Shown here: positions 17,389 to 25,561 of the stretch, piece after piece
Layout of the letters: each line of letters starts with the position of its first letter
Position numbering within the stretch: position 1 is the stretch's first letter
Assembly (NCBI GenBank): GCA_963666565.1
Contig: OY762911.1
Location: forward strand, 2,336,001 to 2,400,000
Length of the DNA: 64,000 nt
Direction of reading: 5' to 3'
Source: Thermoanaerobaculia bacterium
GTDB taxonomy: Bacteria > Acidobacteriota > Thermoanaerobaculia > Multivoradales > Multivoraceae
The notes under the pieces: generated by a model
Told to the model about the DNA's origin: nothing
The model's input: only the letters and a program-made list of their open reading frames with translations
Database searches by the model: none
Position numbers and translations under genes: made by a program

Positions 17389-20283
17389 ATGAACAGACGC
17401 CTCGTTTCGACGTTCAGCGTCATCCTTTGTCTGCTCGTCGCCGGCGTGGCCTTTGGCCAGACGCCGACGGGCAATCTCTACGGCACGGTGACGGACGAGT
17501 CCGGCGCCGCGCTGCCGGGCGTCATGGTGACGGTCAGCGGCATCGGCGCGCCCCGGACGCAGTTCACCGATGGCCAGGGCCAGTGGCGCTTTCTGGCGCT
17601 CGACCCGGGCGCCTATACCGTCGCCGCCGAGCTCGATGGCTTCGGCGGCATCGAGTTCCCCGACGTCATCGTCGCTCTGGGCCGCAACACGAACGTGCCC
17701 CTGGTGCTGACCGCGGCGCTCGAGGAGACGATCACCGTCACTTCGGAGAGTCCCCTGCTCGACGAGCGGAAGCTCTCCACGGGCACCAACGTCAGCCAGG
17801 TCGAACTGGAGAAGATCCCGACCGCCCGCGACCCGTGGGCCCTGCTCTCGCAGACCCCGGGCGTTCTGGTCGACCGGGTGAACGTAGGCGGTTCGGAGTC
17901 GGGCCAGCAGGCCACGTTCCGCGCCCCGGGCGTGAGCGGCAACCAGAACGACTTCCAGATGGACGGCACGTCGATCACCGACATGGCGGCCACCGGCGCC
18001 TCGCCGACGTACTACGACTTCGACCAGTTCGCCGAGATGTCGTTCACGACCGGCGGCACGGACGTGACGAAGAACAGCGCCGGCGTCCAGGTCAACCTGG
18101 TGACGAAGCGCGGCAGCAACGAGTTCCGCGGTTCGGCCCGCTTCTACAACACGCAGCGGAACGGCTACTTCGGCGGTTCGCTCCCGCAGGCGCAGCCGGA
18201 CATCGAGGGCGAGCTGTACAAGGACAACTACCAGACCGACCTCGCCGGCGCGCAGGTCAGGAAGATCGAGGACATCGGCTTCGAGGCCGGCGGCGCCGCG
18301 ATCCAGGACCGCCTCTTCTTCTGGGGTAGCTGGGGTCAGAACGACATTCAGCAGAACGCGGCGACCGGTCTGGCCGACGACACGATCCTGGAGAACACGG
18401 CGCTCAAGGCCAACGGCCAGATCAACGCCTCGAACTCCATCGTCGGCTCGTTCAACAACGGCGACAAGCTGAAGTTCGGGCGCGGCGCGGGCACGATCCG
18501 CCCGGCGGCGACGACCTGGAACCAGCGCGGTCCCTCGGCCCAGTACCGGCTGGAGGACACGCACGTGTTCTCGTCGAACTTCTTCCTCACCGGCACCTAC
18601 TCGCACGGCGATTTCGGTTTCGCCCTGCGTGCCAGGGGAACCCGCTCGGACGAGAACGGAGTCCATCCGGACGCGCTCGACCCGCGCCGGGAGGCTGGCG
18701 TCTGGCAGGACAACTACCTGTCGGGCAGTAGCTCCCGTCCGTTCGACTCGTACCAGGTCGACACGTCCTACTTCTTCACCACGGGCGCGTCCGTCAACCA
18801 CGAGTTGAAGATCGGCGGGCGGTTCCGCGAGTTCACCCAGAACTCCGTGTTCCAGTGGGGGCCGCGGGACGTGTTCCACGGCGACTGGGGCGCCACGGTC
18901 GCGGTCCGCGATCACACGGGCGTCGCCGTTTCCGAGTACACGGCCCTCTGGGCCCAGGACACGATGACCTTCGGCCGGGCGACGATCAACTTCGGTCTCC
19001 GGTACGACGACCAGACCGGAGGGAACGAGCCGTACAGTCGGCCCGCCCATCCGGTGGCCGCCTACCGCGAGATCTTCCCGGAGACGAACTTCCGGGGCTC
19101 CGACGCCGGCTTCAGTTGGGGAACGATCGCACCGCGTCTGGGCGCCACCTACGCCATTGGCGAGCAGCGCAAGACGCTGATCCGGGCCAGCATCTCCCAG
19201 TTCTACGATCAGATGGGTTCGGGCTGGGTGACCAGGAACTCGCCGTTCGGCGCTTCCTACGCCTACTTCGACTCGGTCACCGGGGAGATGTACTACACGA
19301 GAGGATTCGATCCCGACAATCCGGTGAACGTGGTCGACGAGACGGATCCGGGCCTGGACGCTCCGCTCACCCGGGAGATCCTGGCTGCCGTGGAGCACGC
19401 CTTCCTGCCCGAGTTCGTCGTCGCCTTCACGGTGACGTCGCGGGAGGTCAGCGATCTGCTCGACACCTTCACGATCTTCCGGCAGCCGGACGGCAGCACG
19501 CGGATCCCGAACCGTAGCGACTACGAGCACGTCGGGACCCTGGAGACCGAGTTGCCTCGGATCGGCCGCAGCGTCAGCATCCCGTACTACGGCATCCCGA
19601 ACAGGGACCTCGTGGAGACGGGCGGCAGCTACGCGACGAACGGCGACCGCGGGCGCGACTATCTCGGCTACTCGATCAGCTTCACCAAGAGGCTGGCGAA
19701 CCGCTGGATGGCCCGCGGCTTCTACCAGTACGGCAAGGGCGAGTGCAGCATTCCGCGCTCCTACTACGACCACGCGAGCCCGAACGTCGGGCGGGCCGGT
19801 TGCCAGGACGGCGACCTCTTCCTGACCCGTTCTTCCGGCTCCGGCAAGGGCGAGCGGTTCCTGCAGGCCACCTGGAGCTACAGCCTGAACGGCATGTACC
19901 AGGTGGCGCCGGACCGGCCGTGGGGCTTCAACGTCTCCGCGAACCTGACCGGACGCGAGGGCTATCCTCTCGCCTACTGGGACAACTCGGTGACGGCGCC
20001 CTGGGGATCGCGGAATCCGCGCTTCTCGTTCAACGTCGTACCGGGTCAGGACTACGACCAGTACCGCCTGGACGACATCGAGACGATCGACTTCCGGGTC
20101 GAGAAGGAGATCGCCCTTCAGGGTCCGGTCAACATGACCTTCGGCATCGACGTGTTCAACGTGACGAACGAAGGCACCGGCCTCGCGTACCTGCTGAACA
20201 CGCGGTACACGAACGCCGGAAACCTGGACGACAACATCTCGCCGCGCATCTACCGCCTTGGCGTGCGGCTGGCCTGGAAGTAG
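17389..20283 (+). CDS. TonB-dependent receptor (Oar-like) with N-terminal carboxypeptidase-regulatory-like domain
   Basis: Shine-Dalgarno GGAGGGAG; signal peptide; GTVTDESGAALPGV; plug motif GVQVNLVTKRGSNEFRG; C-terminal beta strand RIYRLGVRLAWK. Confidence 0.88.
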   Translation: MNRRLVSTFSVILCLLVAGVAFGQTPTGNLYGTVTDESGAALPGVMVTVSGIGAPRTQFTDGQGQWRFLALDPGAYTVAAELDGFGGIEFPDVIVALGRNTNVPLVLTAALEETITVTSESPLLDERKLSTGTNVSQVELEKIPTARDPWALLSQTPGVLVDRVNVGGSESGQQATFRAPGVSGNQNDFQMDGTSITDMAATGASPTYYDFDQFAEMSFTTGGTDVTKNSAGVQVNLVTKRGSNEFRGSARFYNTQRNGYFGGSLPQAQPDIEGELYKDNYQTDLAGAQVRKIEDIGFEAGGAAIQDRLFFWGSWGQNDIQQNAATGLADDTILENTALKANGQINASNSIVGSFNNGDKLKFGRGAGTIRPAATTWNQRGPSAQYRLEDTHVFSSNFFLTGTYSHGDFGFALRARGTRSDENGVHPDALDPRREAGVWQDNYLSGSSSRPFDSYQVDTSYFFTTGASVNHELKIGGRFREFTQNSVFQWGPRDVFHGDWGATVAVRDHTGVAVSEYTALWAQDTMTFGRATINFGLRYDDQTGGNEPYSRPAHPVAAYREIFPETNFRGSDAGFSWGTIAPRLGATYAIGEQRKTLIRASISQFYDQMGSGWVTRNSPFGASYAYFDSVTGEMYYTRGFDPDNPVNVVDETDPGLDAPLTREILAAVEHAFLPEFVVAFTVTSREVSDLLDTFTIFRQPDGSTRIPNRSDYEHVGTLETELPRIGRSVSIPYYGIPNRDLVETGGSYATNGDRGRDYLGYSISFTKRLANRWMARGFYQYGKGECSIPRSYYDHASPNVGRAGCQDGDLFLTRSSGSGKGERFLQATWSYSLNGMYQVAPDRPWGFNVSANLTGREGYPLAYWDNSVTAPWGSRNPRFSFNVVPGQDYDQYRLDDIETIDFRVEKEIALQGPVNMTFGIDVFNVTNEGTGLAYLLNTRYTNAGNLDDNISPRIYRLGVRLAWK

Positions 20284-20345
20284 TCCAGAACCGGAGGAAC
20301 ATGGCCTGACGTTCTGAACGAAGGGTCATGAACCGAAGCAAGCCG

Positions 20346-20381
20346 AGAGGGCCGGGGTTCATCCCCCGGCCCTCTTTTCTT
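20346..20381 (+). terminator. Rho-independent terminator
   Basis: 12-bp stem AGAGGGCCGGGG/CCCCGGCCCTCT, 6-nt loop, followed by TTTCTT. Confidence 0.8.
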
Positions 20382-20406
20382 ATGCGGCCGGCTGGACGAA
20401 ACCGGC

Positions 20407-20546
20407 GCTGGGTGCGCGGGTCTTCCGACCCGCCGCCGCCGGAGGCGGCCGGAGAGCAGCGCCGGCCTTTGGCCGGCGGCCCTCTCATTCGGACCGCGCC
20501 GCTCCGCGGCTCTGCTCGTGGGCGGGCAGAGACCCGCCCACCCAGC
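20407..20546. repeat. REP doublet with a degenerate right core
   Basis: Core 20410-20433; GCCGGCCTTTGGCCGGC arm; degenerate reverse core GCGGGCAGAGACCCGCCCACCCAGC. Confidence 0.8.
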
Positions 20547-20667
20547 GGACGGCGCCGTTGCCTTGGGCGACAGCGCAGCGGGAGCCGCTGTCCTTGCCAA
20601 CATCGGGCAGAACCTGACACCATCGGTGTTTGCTTGGCGGCAATAGGGCGTAACAGAGCAGGGAGAG

Positions 20668-21252
20668 ATGCCCATGTCCCGGTTCCAGCGGAATCCCAAG
20701 GCCGAGGCCGTGCTCGCGGCCCTCTGCGACCATCTGGGCGCAATGATGAAGACCCAGGCGGTCAAGTTCCCGTACCTCGTGGACGTCGTCGCGACGCGCG
20801 TATTGGGGGCGCCCATCACCGATGCTCGCTACGGAACGTGGAAGCATGGCGTCGTGTGCGAGCCGCTGTTCGCGATGCTGGAGCACAATCCGAAGGACGG
20901 TGGGTTCCACGTCGAACGTCCGCAGTACACCGAAACCCAGTCGGTTCGGCGCGACGCCGGATTGCCGCCGGAAGGGAGTCTGGGAGAGGCCGAACGCGCG
21001 ATCGTCCAGTACGTCGCCGACGAGTACGGCGGGCTGGCCGCGGATGAACTTGGCCTCCTGACGAAGCGGATGAATCCGGATGTGCCCGCGACAGCATGGG
21101 GAAACAACCGTGCCGCCAACGTCAACGAAGACGCCTACGACCGTTTGACGGATGCGTACCAGGAGATGGCCTCGATGCTCGATGGCCTCAACTCGCGGAC
21201 TCTCTGGGCGAACGTGCAGCCGCTCCCGAACGATCCCGCGGACTGGGTCTGA
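20668..21252 (+). CDS. Panacea (DUF4065/SocA-like) antitoxin domain protein
   Basis: KFPYLVD...LGAPITDARYGTWKHGVV resembles the KLxYxxD..G.PI....Y..W.HGP consensus; Shine-Dalgarno GGGAGAG. Confidence 0.7.
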   Translation: MPMSRFQRNPKAEAVLAALCDHLGAMMKTQAVKFPYLVDVVATRVLGAPITDARYGTWKHGVVCEPLFAMLEHNPKDGGFHVERPQYTETQSVRRDAGLPPEGSLGEAERAIVQYVADEYGGLAADELGLLTKRMNPDVPATAWGNNRAANVNEDAYDRLTDAYQEMASMLDGLNSRTLWANVQPLPNDPADWV

Positions 21253-21272
21253 TTGACCGTTGATCGTCTGGG

Positions 21273-21347
21273 TTCACGACGACACTCATCGACCGCCTGC
21301 TGCACCACTCCTCACGCTCCGCCGTCGTCGTGCCGTCGCTCCGGCGT
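21273..21347 (+). pseudogene. Possible IS21 istB C-terminal remnant
   Basis: Translates to FTTTLIDRLLHHSSRSAVVVPSLRR, resembling the IstB motif A(I/L)LDRLLHH...SYR; no start codon and very short. Confidence 0.35.
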
Positions 21348-21473
21348 CCTTGGGGTCAAGAGGATCGGAGGCCGATTCTCCCTTTCCGGGCGGCAGTCCG
21401 ATGGGCCGTCTTGTCCAGAGAGAGTAGCACTACAGCAGCGGACAGGCGACCGAGGAAGCAGTCGAAGGCGGTT

Positions 21474-21770
21474 TCAGGACTGCGACGTACTCCGCTGGAA
21501 GTAGAAGGTCAAGATGAGGACCGCGAGAGGGAGGAGGCCAATCTTGATGAACTCGAAGATCTCCGGGAGTGCGTTGAAGCTGTCACTCTTGCCCGTCAGA
21601 CTCGCCCACACGTAGAGACCGGAGAAGGTGAAGGCGAAGAGGCCGACGATGGCCAAGGTCCAGCCGGCGAGCCGGAGGACCTTGGCGGGGTCAGGACTAC
21701 GGAGTGGGTAGTCGCGGGAGAGCTTGACCGGCTCATCCTCGACTCGGAGATCGGGAAGGTGGTCCGACAC
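21474..21770 (-). CDS. Small two-transmembrane-helix protein
   Basis: Two hydrophobic segments; GTG start 4 nt after the upstream stop. Confidence 0.65.
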   Translation of the reverse strand: MSDHLPDLRVEDEPVKLSRDYPLRSPDPAKVLRLAGWTLAIVGLFAFTFSGLYVWASLTGKSDSFNALPEIFEFIKIGLLPLAVLILTFYFQRSTSQS

Positions 21771-21774
21771 GGCA

Positions 21775-21999
21775 CTACATCAGCCCGGAGATCCGCTTGA
21801 CGGCTTGCACTTTGCCGTCGCTCGTGATCTCGGCGAACGCCAGCGAGCGCCCCTGTTCCTCCTGCTCCTGGATGGCCTCCAGAAGGGCCACCATTCGGCC
21901 CAGGGTCTGGTGCTTGGTGAGGTGGTGCTTGCGGGCGAACCTGTCCAAGACCTGGTGAGCATCAGGCGGTAGAATGATGGGCAGTTCCTGGGTTGGCAT
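21775..21999 (-). CDS. Small ribbon-helix-helix/CopG-like DNA-binding protein
   Basis: Strand ELPIIL, helices HQVLDRFARKH and TKHQTLGRMVALL; Shine-Dalgarno GGAG. Confidence 0.55.
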   Translation of the reverse strand: MPTQELPIILPPDAHQVLDRFARKHHLTKHQTLGRMVALLEAIQEQEEQGRSLAFAEITSDGKVQAVKRISGLM

Positions 22000-22113
22000 G
22001 ACGGTTCTCCGTGAAGGTTCGCTCTGCTGTTCCGCAGGCTAGCAGAGTCGGAGGGGCCGGGCAGGGAAGGTAGGATGTTGAGCAGACGTCGACTGCGAGC
22101 GAGGGGAGGACTC

Positions 22114-23088
22114 ATGGGCTACAGAACGCGAATCGCCGCCTCGATGCTGGCCGGCGCCCTTCTGGCCGCGGCTGTTTCGGCGCAGGCCTGGGCCGGGCGC
22201 GGGCGCCTGAGCGGCACGGTTCAGGATGCGGACGGCAATCCGGTGGAGGGGGCGAGCGTCCAGCTCACCCTCAACGGGGCGGGGCCGGAGGCGGTCTCGA
22301 CGAACGCGAAGGGGCGCTGGGCGCGCGCCGGATTGGGCGGCGGAACCTGGGACGTGCTCGTGTCCAAGGCGGGCTACGTGTCGACGACGCACACGGCGCC
22401 GGTGCAGGAGTACGCGGCGCCCGCGGATCGGGTCTTTCTGAGGACGACCCTGGAGGCGGGGACCGCGGCGGCGACCGACGGGTCGGCGGCGGCGCTGGAG
22501 GACAACGAGGCGGCCCAGGCGGCGCGGGGGTTGCTGGAGCAAGGCAACTCCCTGCTCCTGACGCAGGACTACCAAGGGGCGATCCAGGCGTTCCAGGAGG
22601 CGTTTCCGTCTCTGCCGGACGGCGGCAAGGCGGCGGTGCTGGTCGCCGTGGCCCAGGCGCAGGTGGCGCTGGAGCGGGACGACGAGGCGATCGCCAGCCT
22701 GGAGCAGGCGCTTGGCTTCGCGCCGTCGAACGTGGACGCCCTGCGGCTGATCAGCCGCCGGCTCACCGCGATGGGGCGGGGCGACGAGGCCCGGCAGTAC
22801 CTCGAACGGATGCCGGAGGATCAGCGGGCGGACCCGGAGATTCTGGTGCGCGAGGGCGTCGCGCTTTACAACCAGAACGACTTCGAGGGGGCTCTGGCCA
22901 AGCTGAACGTGGCGGTGGAAGCGGCCCCGGACTGGGCGGACGCCTACTACTTCCGCGGCCTCTCGAACATGGCTTCCGGGAACAATGCCGAGGCCGCGGC
23001 CGACTTCCGCCGGATGCTCGAGCTTGAGCCGGAGGGCGAGAAGGCCGAGGAGGCGAAGCAGTTCGCGGAGTACCTGGAATCGCTCTGA
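22114..23088 (+). CDS. Exported protein with carboxypeptidase-regulatory-like domain and TPRs
   Basis: Shine-Dalgarno GGAGG; signal peptide; GRLSGTVQDADGNPVEGA; TPRs (AYYFRGL). Confidence 0.82.
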   Translation: MGYRTRIAASMLAGALLAAAVSAQAWAGRGRLSGTVQDADGNPVEGASVQLTLNGAGPEAVSTNAKGRWARAGLGGGTWDVLVSKAGYVSTTHTAPVQEYAAPADRVFLRTTLEAGTAAATDGSAAALEDNEAAQAARGLLEQGNSLLLTQDYQGAIQAFQEAFPSLPDGGKAAVLVAVAQAQVALERDDEAIASLEQALGFAPSNVDALRLISRRLTAMGRGDEARQYLERMPEDQRADPEILVREGVALYNQNDFEGALAKLNVAVEAAPDWADAYYFRGLSNMASGNNAEAAADFRRMLELEPEGEKAEEAKQFAEYLESL

Positions 23089-25370
23089 GGAGGCGGCTCC
23101 GGCAGGGGGCGGCCGCCCTCCTGCTGGCGGTTCCGTTCCTGGCGGCCTGTCAGTCCGGCGGAGACCGCGAGGAGGAGTCGGGCGCGCGGGCCGGGCCAGC
23201 CGCGCCGTCCGCTGTATCGGCGGCGCGAGGCGCCGGGCAATCGCCGCAGCAGGCTACGGAGCGGCGGTCGGGTCCGGCTGACGCCTGGCCCGAGGCGCCG
23301 CCGCCCGGCTTCGCCCGCGACGTTGTCCTGGTGACGATCGACACGCTGCGCGCGGACGCGACCGGTTTCGCCGGCAACGCGGCGGCGGCGACCCCGCACC
23401 TGGACGAACTGGCCGCTGGCGGCTGGGTGTTCGAGCGGGCGCACGCGCACAGCGTGATGACGCTGCCGTCCCACGCCAACCTGCTGACGGGCCGGTTGCC
23501 GTACGAGCACGGCGTGCGCGACAACGCGGGCTTCGTGTTGCCGGCGTCCGTGCCGACCGCCGCGGAGGCGCTCGCGGCCGCTGGCTTTCGCACCGGCGCC
23601 TTCGTGGCGGCGTTCCCGCTCGACGCCCGCTACGGCCTGGACCGGGGCTTCGAGGTCTACGACGACTCCTATCCCGAGGGTGCGACCCGGGGCGGGGCGG
23701 TCGCGGAGCGAAGCGGCGACGAGGTGGTCGCTGGGGCGATCTCCTGGTGGCGGCGGCACGAGGGCGAACGCCGCTTCCTCTGGGTTCATCTCTACGAGCC
23801 GCATGTGCCGTACGAGCCACCGCCGCCGTTCGCCGCGCGGTTCCCCGAACGGCCCTACCTGGGCGAGGTCGCGGCGGCCGACGCCTACGTGGGGCGGCTG
23901 CACGAGGCCGCGGCGCCCGGCGAAGGCGGCCCGGACGTGCTCTTCGTCGTCACGTCGGACCACGGCGAGGGCCTGGGCGACCATGGTGAGGCGACGCACG
24001 GGCTGTTCGCCTACGAGGCGACGCTAGCGGTGCCGCTCGTGTTGTGGGCCGAGGCGCTGACCGCCGCCAGAATCGGTTCGCCGGTCGGGCACGTCGACGT
24101 CCTGCCCACGATGCTGGAGGCGGCCGGGGTCGAGGCGGCTGCGTTCGCCGGCACGGCGGGCCGCAGCCTCTGGCGGGATCCCGGCGGCGGGTCGGCCGGC
24201 GCTCACGGCGCTCGGCGCGCGACCTACTTCGAGGCGCTGCACGCGAACCTGCAGCGCGGCTGGGCGCCCCTGCGCGGCGTGGTCGGCCGGGCGGTGCCGG
24301 AGGAGGACGGCGCGGGAAGGTCCGGACGGCTTCTCAAGTACGTTTCGCTGCCGCGGCCCGAGCTCTACGATCTCGACGCGGACCCGGCGGAAGCACGGAA
24401 CCTCCACGCGGCGGACCGCGACGCGGCGGCGGCACTCGCGGCGCTCCTGCCGGCCGAATCGGAGTGGCCGCCCGCGGCGGGTGCCGTCAGCGAGGAGGAA
24501 CGGCGGGCTCTCCAGAGCCTCGGCTACCTGAGTTCCTCCGGCGGTGTGTCCCTGCCGCGCGCCTACGGCGAGGAGGACGACCCGAAGTCCCTCGTCGACG
24601 TCGACCGGATGATCCAGGACTACTCGGCGGCTTACCAGGCGGGCCGCCTGGAGCAGGCCGAGGCGCTGGCGCGGCGGATGATCGAACGCCGGCCCGGCAT
24701 GGGTCTCGGCTACGCGAACCTGGCCCAGGTTCTGCTGGACCGGGGGCGGATCGAGGAGGCGCTTCGCCTGATGATCGATGCCGAACGGCGGGGGCTGGCG
24801 TCGCCGTACCTCGAGCGGCAGTTGGCGTTGACACTCGCCCAGGTGGGCAGGACGGAGGACGCGGTGCGTCTGATGGAGCGCCACGCGGAGTCGAGCGACC
24901 CGGACGCGCTCGACGTTCTCGGCCTAGTGCTGGCGGAGGCGGGACGGACGGCGCGGGCGCGGGAGGTTCTCCTGCGGTCCCTCGACGTCGACGAGAGGAA
25001 CCCGCGGGCGCGTCAGAATCTGGCGCTGGCGGCCCTGCACGATGGCGACTGGCCGCTCTGCGAGCGGGAGGCGCGCGCCGCGCTGGCGCTCAATCCGGGG
25101 CTGTCGCTGGCGTGGAACTACCTGGGGATCGCGCTGTTCAACCAGCGCCGGGCGGACGAGGCGATCGGGGCCTGGCAGCGGTCGGTCGAGCTCGATCCGG
25201 GGGATCTCGGCGTGCTGTTCAACCTGGGGAGCGTGGCGGCGCGGACGGGGCGGCGGGAGGTGGCCCGGCCGGCGTTGGAGCGGTATGTGCGGGAAGCGGC
25301 GGCGCCGTCTCTTGGCGGCCGGTATGCGGCGGATGTGGAGGTGGCGCGGGGGTTGTTGCGGGGGTTGTAG
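23085..25370 (+). CDS. Sulfatase-like lipoprotein with TPRs; probable CTG start
   Basis: VTIDTLRAD, TLPSHANLLTG, HLYEPHVPY, SDHGE. The frame is open upstream to a complete lipoprotein signal LRRRLRQGAAALLLAVPFLAAC beginning at CTG 23085. Confidence 0.8.
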   Translation: MRRRLRQGAAALLLAVPFLAACQSGGDREEESGARAGPAAPSAVSAARGAGQSPQQATERRSGPADAWPEAPPPGFARDVVLVTIDTLRADATGFAGNAAAATPHLDELAAGGWVFERAHAHSVMTLPSHANLLTGRLPYEHGVRDNAGFVLPASVPTAAEALAAAGFRTGAFVAAFPLDARYGLDRGFEVYDDSYPEGATRGGAVAERSGDEVVAGAISWWRRHEGERRFLWVHLYEPHVPYEPPPPFAARFPERPYLGEVAAADAYVGRLHEAAAPGEGGPDVLFVVTSDHGEGLGDHGEATHGLFAYEATLAVPLVLWAEALTAARIGSPVGHVDVLPTMLEAAGVEAAAFAGTAGRSLWRDPGGGSAGAHGARRATYFEALHANLQRGWAPLRGVVGRAVPEEDGAGRSGRLLKYVSLPRPELYDLDADPAEARNLHAADRDAAAALAALLPAESEWPPAAGAVSEEERRALQSLGYLSSSGGVSLPRAYGEEDDPKSLVDVDRMIQDYSAAYQAGRLEQAEALARRMIERRPGMGLGYANLAQVLLDRGRIEEALRLMIDAERRGLASPYLERQLALTLAQVGRTEDAVRLMERHAESSDPDALDVLGLVLAEAGRTARAREVLLRSLDVDERNPRARQNLALAALHDGDWPLCEREARAALALNPGLSLAWNYLGIALFNQRRADEAIGAWQRSVELDPGDLGVLFNLGSVAARTGRREVARPALERYVREAAAPSLGGRYAADVEVARGLLRGL

Positions 25371-25408
25371 GAGAGTGGTCGCCGCTTCGCGGCGGCGCTT
25401 TCCGGGGT

Positions 25409-25550
25409 GCGGGTCAGAAGACCCGCGCACCCAGCGGAAGACTGCCGCGCAGGGAACGGACCCTCTGCTGGGTGCGCGGGTCTTCTGACCCGCTGCCGCC
25501 GAAGGCGGCCAGGAACACGCGCCGGCCGTTAAGGCCGGCTCCGCTCCGGC
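25409..25550. repeat. Two REP cores (reverse then forward) with extended arm
   Basis: 25409-25432 (-) and 25470-25493 (+), followed by GCCGCCGAAGGCGGC and GCCGGCCGTTAAGGCCGGC. Confidence 0.88.
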
Positions 25551-25561
25551 GGTGGGAGGAG

